Virus record (IMG/VR): IMGVR_UViG_3300022660_000072 | DNA length: 20,000 nucleotides | From: an uncultured virus (IMG/VR IMGVR_UViG_3300022660_000072) | Lineage: Duplodnaviria > Heunggongvirae > Uroviricota > Caudoviricetes | Reading direction: 5' to 3' (one strand) | Shown here: piece by piece, positions 5,978 to 15,409 of the stretch | Position numbering within the stretch: position 1 is the stretch's first letter | Layout: each line of letters opens with the position of its first letter | Notes under the pieces: generated by a model | Seen by the model: only the letters and a program-made list of their open reading frames with translations | The model's database searches: none | What the model was told of the DNA's origin: nothing | Translations under genes and position numbers: made by a program

Positions 5978-5979
5978 AA

Positions 5980-6663
5980 ATGAAGAACAAGGTATTTACC
6001 AGACTGGAGCCGAAGGCTAAGTCCTACGGATTCAGTAAAGATGAGCTGATGACTGTGTGCGAGTCTATAGCAAATGGTTTCAGTTCCGAAGAGGAAGCCA
6101 CAGATGAAGCAATCGATGCTAGAATCGAAGCTTCTCTGCCATTCTTGAAAATCTCTCAGAGTGCCGCCAATCGGTCTTACGAACGAATGAAGGCGAAATT
6201 CGAAGATGAGAACAAGCCAAAACCAACACCAACACCGCAGCCTGAGCCACCGAAGCCAGCTGACCCACCTGTAGATGAAGCCCCTGCATGGTTCAAAGCT
6301 TTCCAGGAGAAGTACGAATCAGACAAGAAGGCTACCAATGACAGGTTCAATCAGATGAGCCAGGAGAAAGCCAATGAAGGCTTTATGGCTAGTGCTCTCT
6401 CAAGTCTTAAGGATGTCGATCCAAGATTCTACAGAGACCTTAAGGGAAAGACCTTCGAGAAGCAGGAAGATGTCGACACCTATGTCTCAGAAGTAATGAA
6501 TGACTGGACAGAGTTCTGTACAGACAAGAACATCAAGGCTATGGCAGATGTTATCCCTCCAGGAGGTGGTCCAAAGCCAACAAAGCCAAACGAAGGTGTT
6601 GTAGCAAGGGCAGAAGCAAGAAAGGCAGTTGAAACCAAGTCTGCAATAAAGGGTCTAGAGTAA
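5980..6663 (+). CDS. Putative capsid scaffolding protein (227 aa)
   Basis: Likely start ATG 5980 (MKNKVFTRLEPKAKSYGFS); helical and charged with a Pro-rich linker (KPKPTPTPQPEPPKP) and PAWFK motif; position before decoration and capsid genes. Confidence 0.75.
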   Translation: MKNKVFTRLEPKAKSYGFSKDELMTVCESIANGFSSEEEATDEAIDARIEASLPFLKISQSAANRSYERMKAKFEDENKPKPTPTPQPEPPKPADPPVDEAPAWFKAFQEKYESDKKATNDRFNQMSQEKANEGFMASALSSLKDVDPRFYRDLKGKTFEKQEDVDTYVSEVMNDWTEFCTDKNIKAMADVIPPGGGPKPTKPNEGVVARAEARKAVETKSAIKGLE

Positions 6664-6707
6664 TTCTGGAGTAAGGCCCGTAATCAATCAAATAAAAGTA
6701 AGTCCAA

Positions 6708-7271
6708 ATGGAAGTAAAATTCGCTCACACAGAAGCTCCTGCTCCGAAGCCAATCGTCTTCGAGCAGATTTTTGCTGAGAAGCCAGGCGGTGGACTGCTT
6801 GCCAACCACGACTTCGATGTGAAGGAGGGTATGGCTGCCGGTCTTAACGCAGCTGGAAAGTATCAGGTCATCAAGGCACCGATGCTCTATGAGGACGCTA
6901 CAGCAGAAGCCACAACCATCAAGGTTAAGAAGGGTTCAGCAGTAGTATCCGGTGATTTCCTTGCCACAGGCAAGAAGGCCGTAAAGGTCACTAAGGTGGT
7001 TACAACTGATCCAAACTATGATGTGCTTACAATTTCACTCGGAGTTGAAGTAAAGGCCGGACAGGTGCTCTATCAGGCAACCGCAGCAGCCGATGGTTCA
7101 ACAGCAACAGCAGCTCTCTCTGTTGTTCCAGTTTATCTGGTCGGTGATGATGTCCCTGCAAACTCAGGTGACTTCATGGTTAAGCTCGTCAACGGAGCAA
7201 ACATTCGCAAGGAGACAGCACCTGTCGCTGACGAGGTGGTGGCTCAGATGAAAGGAATCTCAAAAGTGTAG
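6708..7271 (+). CDS. Putative head decoration/head fibre protein
   Basis: 187 aa, Ala/Val/Gly/Thr-rich, between scaffold and major capsid. Confidence 0.65.
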   Translation: MEVKFAHTEAPAPKPIVFEQIFAEKPGGGLLANHDFDVKEGMAAGLNAAGKYQVIKAPMLYEDATAEATTIKVKKGSAVVSGDFLATGKKAVKVTKVVTTDPNYDVLTISLGVEVKAGQVLYQATAAADGSTATAALSVVPVYLVGDDVPANSGDFMVKLVNGANIRKETAPVADEVVAQMKGISKV

Positions 7272-7277
7272 TGTAGT

Positions 7278-8402
7278 ATGGGTACAATGAACAAACCACT
7301 GATGGACATCGACCAGCCTAGTCTTCAGGCTGAGGTCGATTCGTATGTTCCAGGTAACGGATTTGCCTGGAGAGACCTTTTCCCACTCCGATACACCCCT
7401 AAGTTTGACCTTAAGGGAATCGAAGGTAAGGAGGGTATTCCTATCTCTGCCGACAGAGTTGCATTCAACACTAAGGCACCTCTCAAGAGCAGAAAGACAA
7501 TCGGCTCATGGAGTGGTACTCTTGAGAAGATTGCAATCTCTAGGGAGAAAGACGAAATCGAAATCAATGAGTACAACGACCTTAAGCGTATCGCTGCTGC
7601 AGCTGATACAGACAAGGCTGCAAAGCAGTATCTCGTTGACATGATTTACGATGACGTAGAGTTCTGTAACAATGGTATGGATGCAAGAGTTGAGCTTGAT
7701 GCCATGCGTATCGCTTCTCACGGAGTAAAGACCTACACTAAGGAGGTTGACGGTGAGAACGCAACAGAGGACATCATCAACTTCAACGTACCGAAGGAGA
7801 ATTTCCACGGAACAGCAGTGAAGTGGTCTGACCCTACAGCCGATGGTCTCGGTGACATCATGAAGATGGTAAGAGCTCTCAAGAAGGCTGGCAAGAAGGC
7901 TCCTGCTTACGCATTCATGGAGCAGCAGGCTTTCGACTACCTCTGCGCACAGGAGAAGACTGCAAAGAGACTGTTCACAGCAGCAGCTCTCAAGAACGAC
8001 ATGATCTTCACAGCAGAGCGTGTTACCCTTGAGAACATCAACAACTACCTCTCAAGCAAGGGCATGCCTAGAATCGCTATCCTTGACACTTGGGTTACTA
8101 TCCAGGCGAAGGACGGAAGCGAGACTACAGTTAAGCCTTGGGCTGAGAACGTTGTTGTACTCTCTCTTACTGCACAGCTCGGTTGGACATGGTACAAGAC
8201 TGTTCCGCAGGTTCCTAACACAGAAGCCCTCCAGGCTTACGGTGGATTCTATAAGACCACAAGGTACTCAGAGGTTAACCCTATGCTTGAGGTGACAATG
8301 GCAGAGGCATACGTGCAGCCTGCCCTTATCAATCGCTCAAGCTTGATGTTCCTCAATACTGAGAACTCTGAGTGGGCTAACGGAGAAGTAGCAAAAGCCT
8401 AA
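7278..8402 (+). CDS. Major capsid protein (lambda gpE-like family)
   Basis: 374 aa; WRDLFPLRYT, ADRVAFNTKAPLKSR and C-terminal EVTMAEAYVQPAL motifs; biased, high-expression codon usage; synteny. Confidence 0.9.
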   Translation: MGTMNKPLMDIDQPSLQAEVDSYVPGNGFAWRDLFPLRYTPKFDLKGIEGKEGIPISADRVAFNTKAPLKSRKTIGSWSGTLEKIAISREKDEIEINEYNDLKRIAAAADTDKAAKQYLVDMIYDDVEFCNNGMDARVELDAMRIASHGVKTYTKEVDGENATEDIINFNVPKENFHGTAVKWSDPTADGLGDIMKMVRALKKAGKKAPAYAFMEQQAFDYLCAQEKTAKRLFTAAALKNDMIFTAERVTLENINNYLSSKGMPRIAILDTWVTIQAKDGSETTVKPWAENVVVLSLTAQLGWTWYKTVPQVPNTEALQAYGGFYKTTRYSEVNPMLEVTMAEAYVQPALINRSSLMFLNTENSEWANGEVAKA

Positions 8403-8418
8403 GTAGTAGTGTAGCTTT

Positions 8419-8736
8419 ATGACTGTAAGAGAAGCCCTCCGTAAATCGTTTCCATTCTATGTCAATGATGGTGAGCTTGAGGTAATAGCAATCTCAAGAG
8501 GACTAGTTCTTGACAATGAATTCGATGCATTCAGTGCATCTAGTAAGCCATTCGAACTTGCCAAGGCTGACATTATCAAGACTGTTGTCATGACACCTAA
8601 TGTTTCAGAAGGTGGTGTCAGCATATCTTTCAACGACAAGTCGTCGATGATTTCCATAGCGAATGGTATCTACGGAAAATACGGAGAGCCGCTCTTTGGT
8701 CTAGAGACTCCCACTGTAAAACCCCTTGACTGGTAA
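8419..8736 (+). CDS. Head-tail connector/adaptor (DUF6706-like)
   Basis: 105 aa following the capsid gene; PNVSEGGVSIS and ANGIYGKYGE motifs. Confidence 0.75.
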   Translation: MTVREALRKSFPFYVNDGELEVIAISRGLVLDNEFDAFSASSKPFELAKADIIKTVVMTPNVSEGGVSISFNDKSSMISIANGIYGKYGEPLFGLETPTVKPLDW

Positions 8737-9059
8737 TGGTTAATTTCAGACCTCACAATCTCACACTAAAGGTGTCGCTTCCCGGTGCCTACGATGGCAC
8801 CGGAAAGTACATCAAGGGAGGTGAGAAGACTATAGAAGGAATCCCTTGTAGATACGAGCCAAACGGCAGAGCCAATACCATAGCTCTAGAAGATGGCAGT
8901 GTCTATATGTATTCCTACATGGTCTATCTAGATTCAGATTGCCCGGAGATTTCCTACGGTGATGAAGTCGAATTGTTCGATCAGTCAGGAGTGAGCAGAG
9001 GAAAGTTTACCTCACACGGATTCCACAGAGGACAGTTAAACGCAAAGCTATGGCTATAA
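8736..9059 (+). CDS. Putative head-closure (stopper) protein
   Basis: 107 aa; IPCRYEPNG, GFHRGQLNAKLWL; TAATG coupling; synteny. Confidence 0.65.
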   Translation: MVNFRPHNLTLKVSLPGAYDGTGKYIKGGEKTIEGIPCRYEPNGRANTIALEDGSVYMYSYMVYLDSDCPEISYGDEVELFDQSGVSRGKFTSHGFHRGQLNAKLWL

Positions 9060-9520
9060 AATGCAAGACCGAAATGTCTGAAATCCAGGAGTACATCAAG
9101 AGCTCAATCGAAAGGATGGACAAGGTTGTGATTCGCAACCTTCAAAGGCTCGGAGAGGAGGCAGTGATTTACGCAAGGAACAGGACAGGTGCAGAAAGCT
9201 GGTATGACCAGACTGGAAACCTAAGGTCTTCAATAGGTTATGTCATAGCAAAGGATGGAGGTATCGTAAGAAGGGGAGGCTTCTCCCAGATTCTAGATGG
9301 TACAGAAGGTCCTAGCGAAGGAAAGGAATTCGCTGCAGAAGTGGCGAAAGACTACCCAGGAAAGTATGTCCTCATAGTCGTAGCAGGTATGAACTACGCT
9401 TCCTACGTGGAGGAGATGGAGAATAAGGATGTGCTTGCTTCTTCATCCCTTTTCGTAGAAAGAGAACTCCCGAAGATGATAAAGAGAATAGACGAGCAGA
9501 TAGGTAAGTTCAAGAAATGA
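9050..9520 (+). CDS. HK97 gp10-like neck/tail-completion protein
   Basis: DQTGNLRSSIGY and VAGMNYASYVE motifs. Confidence 0.85.
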   Translation: MAIKCKTEMSEIQEYIKSSIERMDKVVIRNLQRLGEEAVIYARNRTGAESWYDQTGNLRSSIGYVIAKDGGIVRRGGFSQILDGTEGPSEGKEFAAEVAKDYPGKYVLIVVAGMNYASYVEEMENKDVLASSSLFVERELPKMIKRIDEQIGKFKK

Positions 9521-9948
9521 TACTGTCAGAAATCGAAATAAAGGAGGCGTTCTTTACGCTCATTAAAGCATCCGAACTGTCAAGGATGATCAGTGGTTCT
9601 GTCTACAGAGACAGACGCCCTCTCAATTCCAAGGTAGAGGATGTAGTCATTTCGGTTCTTGCTACAGGAGCAGGTCAGATTCAGCCTTTCATACTCAATA
9701 TCAATGTCTATGTTCCGGACATCAAGAGAGGAAAAGAGTTCATATACAACGATGACAGAGTCAAGCCGCTTATGAGAAAGTGTCTTGACATCCTTGAAGA
9801 AGGAGTAGTTGTCTATGCTTCAGACGAAACCGGAAGACAGGAATTCGGATTAAGGTACAAGCTTGAGTCTCAAAAGCTGTACGAAGTCAACGGAGAAGAT
9901 TTCCACGCAATCAATCATAAGATTCGTGTGAATGTATGCACGGAGTAA
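9517..9948 (+). CDS. Putative tail terminator/completion protein
   Basis: 143 aa; GSVYRDRRPLNS..EDVVI, NINVYVPD; ATGA overlap; immediately before the tail tube gene. Confidence 0.7.
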   Translation: MILSEIEIKEAFFTLIKASELSRMISGSVYRDRRPLNSKVEDVVISVLATGAGQIQPFILNINVYVPDIKRGKEFIYNDDRVKPLMRKCLDILEEGVVVYASDETGRQEFGLRYKLESQKLYEVNGEDFHAINHKIRVNVCTE

Positions 9949-9973
9949 GTAATCAAAAAAAGTAAGTTTTACT

Positions 9974-10474
9974 ATGGCAGTTATCGGTTGGGGAAGACCC
10001 ACTATCGTAATCTCGAAGCTTGATGCAAGCGGAGAGCCTACCACATGGTCAGAGGTTCCTACACCTGCTGAGGATACTACAAGCCTCACTACCACCAAAG
10101 GCGACAAGACAGAAGCAAAGCTTGAGGGTGGTGCCAACGAGGATGTAAAGTACGGAAGAAACACATACGCACTCGCATATCAGATTCGTGTTGCAAAGGG
10201 CAAGACAATGCCTTTCGCTGCACTTGATGGTGTTGTTGAAGGTGAGTATGCTGTAGCTGTTCAGCCGGAGGACCCTACTGTTCCTGGTATCATGATCAAG
10301 AAGTCTGTTGTTTCAGCAGAGGATACCTATTCAACAGCAGAGGGTGGAGCAATTGTCTACACTCACGATGCTCTGCAGCCTAACGAAGGCTCTCAGGTTG
10401 AGTGGGGTGTTGTCACTATCGAAAGAGGTGCAGACGGAAAGTCTATCACGTCTGTTTCACAGGCTAAGGCATAA
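9974..10474 (+). CDS. Major tail (tube) protein
   Basis: 166 aa; WGRPTI, TTTKGDKTEAK.EGG, VQPEDP motifs; position. Confidence 0.75.
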   Translation: MAVIGWGRPTIVISKLDASGEPTTWSEVPTPAEDTTSLTTTKGDKTEAKLEGGANEDVKYGRNTYALAYQIRVAKGKTMPFAALDGVVEGEYAVAVQPEDPTVPGIMIKKSVVSAEDTYSTAEGGAIVYTHDALQPNEGSQVEWGVVTIERGADGKSITSVSQAKA

Positions 10475-10479
10475 GGCTA

Positions 10480-10534
10480 TGCGACAGGCTTAATTGTCGC
10501 ACATGTGGAGAGAGGACTGACCCCCTCTCTCTAC
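10480..10534 (+). promoter_or_regulatory. Tandem stem-loops after the tail tube gene
   Basis: TGCGACA (10480-10486) / TGTCGCA (10495-10501) and GTGGAGAGAGG (10505-10515) / CCTCTCTCTAC (10524-10534); no U tract. Confidence 0.65.
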
Positions 10535-10552
10535 GCCAATAGTAAAAAGGCA

Positions 10553-11257
10553 ATGGAATCAAGAGAGATATACAACGAATTAACAGATGCCATTATAGAG
10601 CGCCCTATCGCTTTTTCAGTTGGCAAAGAAAGGATGAATCTATTCCATGCAAGCCTTGGCAAGATGTATCTTGTTGCCAGGCTTCTTGATTCCATGAAAG
10701 TAAGTCAGCAGAGACTTTCGGAAGACCCCTTTTCAGAAGCAGCACGTCTGTGTCGTTTCAGTAGGGAGAATGTAGTAAGGCTTATCTCATTCTATACAGT
10801 CAAAGACAAAGAAGACCATTTCGACAATGAGCTGATTGAGCATAGATGCTCGATCTTGTCAACCCTTGATGACAAGGAGTTGGCGACTTTGCTTATGATG
10901 GTACTCACTCAAGACAGCTCTGACAGATTCATCAAGGAGTACGGCATTGACAAGGAAAGACAGTTGGTTCAGAAGATTGTCAGATACAAGAGAGACAAGG
11001 GCAATCTGTCTTTCGGTGGCAAGACTGTTTACGGCACCTTGATTGACTCCGCATGTGAGCGATATGGCTGGTCCTTTGACTACGTTGTATGGGGAATATC
11101 TTACACCAACCTCAGAATGATTACCGCCGATTCAGTGGTTTCTATGTATCTAAGCAAGGATGACATGAAGAAACTCCATGTGTCGGCTGACAGGGAAGTT
11201 ATTAATGCTTCCGATCCGAAGAATTTCGAGAAAATCAAAGCAATGTTGGAGGAGTAG
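10553..11257 (+). CDS. Putative tail assembly chaperone (234 aa)
   Basis: Between tail tube and tape measure. ATG 10553 preferred because the track's GTG 10505 lies in a hairpin. C-terminal GGKTVYGTLID.ACERYGWSFDYVVWGISY. Confidence 0.7.
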   Translation: MESREIYNELTDAIIERPIAFSVGKERMNLFHASLGKMYLVARLLDSMKVSQQRLSEDPFSEAARLCRFSRENVVRLISFYTVKDKEDHFDNELIEHRCSILSTLDDKELATLLMMVLTQDSSDRFIKEYGIDKERQLVQKIVRYKRDKGNLSFGGKTVYGTLIDSACERYGWSFDYVVWGISYTNLRMITADSVVSMYLSKDDMKKLHVSADREVINASDPKNFEKIKAMLEE

Positions 11258-11260
11258 TCT

Positions 11261-14200
11261 ATGGCAGGTTTGGAGTTTCATATCACAGCAGACAATAGAG
11301 ACTTTCTCAACAAGGTTCGTCAGGTGCAGGATAAGGTTTCTGAGACCACGAAGAAAGTAGAGAAAGAAGGCAATGAAATGGAGGCTATCTTCAAGAAGCT
11401 TGGAAGTGGGATAGCTTCACTTGGAGCAGGATTCACTGCTACCAAGCTGATTTCTGATATAGTAAGAGTAAGAGGCGAATACCAGCAGCTAGGTATTGCA
11501 ATGGAGACAATGCTTGGAAGCCAGGAGAAGGCTGATGCTCTTATGGCACAGTTGACAGCAACCGCAGCAAAGACTCCATTCGGTCTTTCTGATATAGCAC
11601 ATGGAGCAAAACAGCTCCTTGCTTATGGTACAGCATCGGAGGAAGTAAACGAAACCCTTGTAAGGCTTGGAAACATCGCTTCCGGACTGTCGATTCCGTT
11701 GAATGACCTTGTGTACCTTTATGGCACAACTATGACACAGGGTCGTCTGTTTACGCAGGATTTGAGGCAGTTCATGGGTCGTGGTATTCCATTGGCTGAT
11801 GAGCTTGCAAAGCAGTTCGGTGTCACCAAGGATAAAATTGGTGAGCTTGTTACAGAAGGTAAGGTTGGCTTCCCTGAAGTTGAGAAGGCTATCCACGCAA
11901 TGACCAACGAAGGAGGTAAGTTCTACAACCTCATGGAGAAGCAGTCAAGCTCTCTCACCGGTCAGATAAGCAACCTTGAGGATGCCTGGGACATGATGCT
12001 GAATGAGATTGGTACCAAGACGCAAGGTCTTGCATCTGGTGCAATTCAGACAGCTTCCACCCTCATAGATAACTACGAAAAGGTAGGTCGCATCATAGTT
12101 GAGATAGCAGGTGTTTATGGAACCTATAGAGCAGCGCTTGTAGCAACTACAGCTGTTCAGAAGGTTCACACTATGGTAATGGAGAGAGCTGCTGTTGAGA
12201 TTGGTATTGTAGCAGCACAGCATCATAACCTCACCATACAGCAGGCTAAAGCTGCAGCAGCTACAAAGCTTCTCACTGAAGCAAAGAAGAAGCTTCTCAC
12301 TACCATGAAGGGTCTTGGCAAAGCCTTGACCAATCCTTATGTACTTGCAGCAGCAGCTGTAACTGCACTAGGTTTCGGTATCTACAAGCTCATTACATAT
12401 CAGACTGAGGCAGAGAAGGCACAGAAACGATTGAACGATGCTTTCTCTGAGGCATCTGCTTCTGCCGGTTCGGAGATCAAGAAGCTTGATGAACTCAAAG
12501 GCAGATTGTCTGCTGCCAAGAAAGGTTCTGCAGAATACTACGAAATCAAGGATGAGATTGTCAAGAACTTCGGTAAGTACGATTCAACTCTTGCTGATGA
12601 GATAGAGAGAGTTGGAGACCTTTCTACAAAGTACGATGTCCTTGCAAAGGCTATACAGGATTCAGCTAACGCAAGGATGTACGACAAGTATGTAGAGGAG
12701 GAGACCGAGAGATATGACAAGGATGTCACTGGTAAGCTCAAGAAGCTCCAGGAGACTATCTACGGAGCCAAAGGCATAAGCACAGAAGATGCAGCTCGCA
12801 CGTATTCGAAGATATGGAAGAACATCTTCCAGGGCGAAGCTCTTGACCAGGAGACTGAGAATGTCATCAAGAGTTTCGACAAGGTGCTCAAGGGAACTGA
12901 TAACACTGGCAAGAAGTTCACAGCCATTCAGAATCCTATCCGTGACTACATAGCTGACCTCAATGACCTGAATGTTCAGCAGGATGAGTTCATCAACAAT
13001 GCTAGAACCATGTTTGGTTTTGGTGCTGATACATCCGACTTCAATAAAGGTCTGAAGACTCTGACTGAGGAGCAGTTGAATCAGACAAAGAAGGATCTTG
13101 CCGAAATCCTCAGTAAGTTCAAGGAGACAAAGCAGGAGCAGGATTATTCGCTTGTTTCCGGAGAGGACATCACATTCGCTACAGAGCAGCAGATTACTGA
13201 TGCCATAGCCAACGTGGACTCATTCCTTGCTCAGATTAAGGCTAACAGAGACAAGAATAAGCCAAAGGAAGAAGAATATGAGGAAAATGCCATCAAGAAG
13301 GCACAGCAGACAGCAGAGAAGGTCGCTGAGGCTTCAAGAAAGGCAGAGTATGACCTTAAGAAGGCTCAGACAGACGATGAAATAAAGCTCATAGAACTTG
13401 AGAGAGACGAGAAGATTGATGCTCTCAATGATGAGCTTGAGGCATACAAGGCTATCTACGAAGCAGCCGGTAAGGATACCAAGGAGCTTGAGGAAAGTTT
13501 CGCAAGAATGGTAGAGGTTGAAAAGCAGATGGCTGATATCGAAATCAACGAAGCCAACAAGGAAAAGAGTGATAAGATCAAGGAAGAACTGCAGGACCTT
13601 CTGAAAGAGTTTGAGACCTATCAGCAGGCTGTCACTCGTATAGAGAAGGAATACGATGAGAAGCGTAAGAAGATGTACGAGGAAGACGGAAAGACTTTCA
13701 AGGCTGGATTCGACGATGATAATGTCAGAGAACTTGAACGCCAGAAGAAGGAAGCCATTGAGGAGGTAGCTGAGAACTACGCAGATAAGAGTGATGCTTT
13801 CGAATCATGGGCTGACTCGTTATCTTCTATAGCTATTACAGAGCTGAATAAGATGTTGGCTCTTGCAAAGGCTAGACTTTCTATTCTAAAGAATACAGAA
13901 GGTGTTGACGAACTTGAGATAGCACAGGCAGAGGCTGCAATCGAATCGCTTGAAACAGCCATATCTAATTCGAACGACACCACTAAGGAAAGCAAGGCAA
14001 ACTGGACTGAACTGTCAAAAGTAATTAACGATGCAGGTTCAGTGTTCGGAGAACTAGGAGATGTCATCCCAGGAGTAGCCGGAGAAGTTCTTGCTGGAGT
14101 AGGCGGAATTGCCAGTGCGGCTGTTGGTATGGCAAATGGCATCAAGACTATTGGAGAGGCTGCTTCTGCTGCAGAAAAGGCTTCTGCAGTGCTTGCTGTA

Positions 14201-15409
14201 ATCTCTGCAGCAATCAAGGTTGTTCAGTTCTTTACAAATGCAGCAGAGGAGAATAAGCAGGCTTACCTAGCATCAGCAAAAGCAGCAGACGAATATAGAA
14301 GAGCTCTGGAAGAATTGACTGATCAGAAACTCAAGGAGAAGTATGATACAGCTTTCGGAAACGATGCACTCGGAGAATTCATAGAAAAGTCAGAAGGAGC
14401 AAAGAAGAAGCTTGATGAGCTGAAAGAGTCTCTTGGAAGTATGTCGACATTCGACTACACTGACTATTACATGGACATGTTCTCAGACAGGTCTTGGGCT
14501 TCATTGAGTAAGAAAGTAAGAGACAAGCTTGATGAGATAATGGCTCAAGGTGATACAGCCCTTGTTTCAGACATGAGAAGCACTTGGCAGAAGTATTGGG
14601 GAAGTGGTGTTGAAAATATCCATGTTGCCAATCTTTCGGACTTTATAGATGAATCCGGTGCACTTGATACAGAAGGTCTCAAAGCATGGTTGGATTCGTA
14701 TGGAGAAGGTCTGTCTGACGAGACTCGCCAGACTGTAGAAAGCATGATAGCTGATTGGGAGGCTTACGGTGAGACAGTGGCAGAGATAAATGACTATGTC
14801 AAGTCTCTGTTCGGTACAATGTCTTCCACTGTAGCAGACAGCATGATTGATTCCTGGATAGAGACCGGCAATGCTATTGCTAATGCCAAGGATGTTCTAG
14901 GAGACTATGCAAAGGCTATGGCAAAGGCTGTTATTGAATCCAAGTTGCTTGAAAGCATCTTCACAGATGAAGCAGCACAGCAGATGGCAGATTTGGTTGC
15001 TGTTGGTGATACTGAAGGTGCTCTCTCAATACTTGCAGGTCTTCTTGAGCAGGCGAACGAGCTTGCTCCTCATATCAACGATTACCTGGCAGGTGTAGAC
15101 GAGGTGACTGGTGGAGCACTCTCAGGAGAGGATGAAGGTGGTCCCGATAGAGAACCTTCAAAGAAAGGAATCGCAACCGCATCGCAGGAGAGCGTTGATG
15201 AAAACAACGCAAGGCTGACAGCAATACAGAGTCACACATACTCCATCAATGAGGAGTGCAAGAAGAATGGAGCATACAGCGCACAAATCATATCAAGGCT
15301 TACGGCGATTGAAAGGAATACGGCATACCTCTCTACCATTTCGACAAACATCGCAGCAATAAGCAGTGATATAGAGGTAATAAAGAACAGAGGAGTGACA
15401 ATGCTATGA
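11261..15409 (+). CDS. Tape measure protein (1382 aa)
   Basis: N-terminal tape-measure domain (AAKTPF...GAKQLLAYG...DLRQFMGRGIP...GQISNLED); long Ala/Lys/Glu-rich helical body with hydrophobic segments. Confidence 0.95.
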   Translation: MAGLEFHITADNRDFLNKVRQVQDKVSETTKKVEKEGNEMEAIFKKLGSGIASLGAGFTATKLISDIVRVRGEYQQLGIAMETMLGSQEKADALMAQLTATAAKTPFGLSDIAHGAKQLLAYGTASEEVNETLVRLGNIASGLSIPLNDLVYLYGTTMTQGRLFTQDLRQFMGRGIPLADELAKQFGVTKDKIGELVTEGKVGFPEVEKAIHAMTNEGGKFYNLMEKQSSSLTGQISNLEDAWDMMLNEIGTKTQGLASGAIQTASTLIDNYEKVGRIIVEIAGVYGTYRAALVATTAVQKVHTMVMERAAVEIGIVAAQHHNLTIQQAKAAAATKLLTEAKKKLLTTMKGLGKALTNPYVLAAAAVTALGFGIYKLITYQTEAEKAQKRLNDAFSEASASAGSEIKKLDELKGRLSAAKKGSAEYYEIKDEIVKNFGKYDSTLADEIERVGDLSTKYDVLAKAIQDSANARMYDKYVEEETERYDKDVTGKLKKLQETIYGAKGISTEDAARTYSKIWKNIFQGEALDQETENVIKSFDKVLKGTDNTGKKFTAIQNPIRDYIADLNDLNVQQDEFINNARTMFGFGADTSDFNKGLKTLTEEQLNQTKKDLAEILSKFKETKQEQDYSLVSGEDITFATEQQITDAIANVDSFLAQIKANRDKNKPKEEEYEENAIKKAQQTAEKVAEASRKAEYDLKKAQTDDEIKLIELERDEKIDALNDELEAYKAIYEAAGKDTKELEESFARMVEVEKQMADIEINEANKEKSDKIKEELQDLLKEFETYQQAVTRIEKEYDEKRKKMYEEDGKTFKAGFDDDNVRELERQKKEAIEEVAENYADKSDAFESWADSLSSIAITELNKMLALAKARLSILKNTEGVDELEIAQAEAAIESLETAISNSNDTTKESKANWTELSKVINDAGSVFGELGDVIPGVAGEVLAGVGGIASAAVGMANGIKTIGEAASAAEKASAVLAVISAAIKVVQFFTNAAEENKQAYLASAKAADEYRRALEELTDQKLKEKYDTAFGNDALGEFIEKSEGAKKKLDELKESLGSMSTFDYTDYYMDMFSDRSWASLSKKVRDKLDEIMAQGDTALVSDMRSTWQKYWGSGVENIHVANLSDFIDESGALDTEGLKAWLDSYGEGLSDETRQTVESMIADWEAYGETVAEINDYVKSLFGTMSSTVADSMIDSWIETGNAIANAKDVLGDYAKAMAKAVIESKLLESIFTDEAAQQMADLVAVGDTEGALSILAGLLEQANELAPHINDYLAGVDEVTGGALSGEDEGGPDREPSKKGIATASQESVDENNARLTAIQSHTYSINEECKKNGAYSAQIISRLTAIERNTAYLSTISTNIAAISSDIEVIKNRGVTML

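Noticed and set aside
5836..5979. 48-aa N-terminal extension of the scaffold in the ORF track
   Set aside because: It starts at a GTG inside the palindrome and spans the promoter and leader; ATG 5980 has the initiation motif.
6213..6270. CCAACA/CCRAMR short repeats
   Set aside because: They encode the Pro-rich scaffold linker and are not a DNA-level repeat array.
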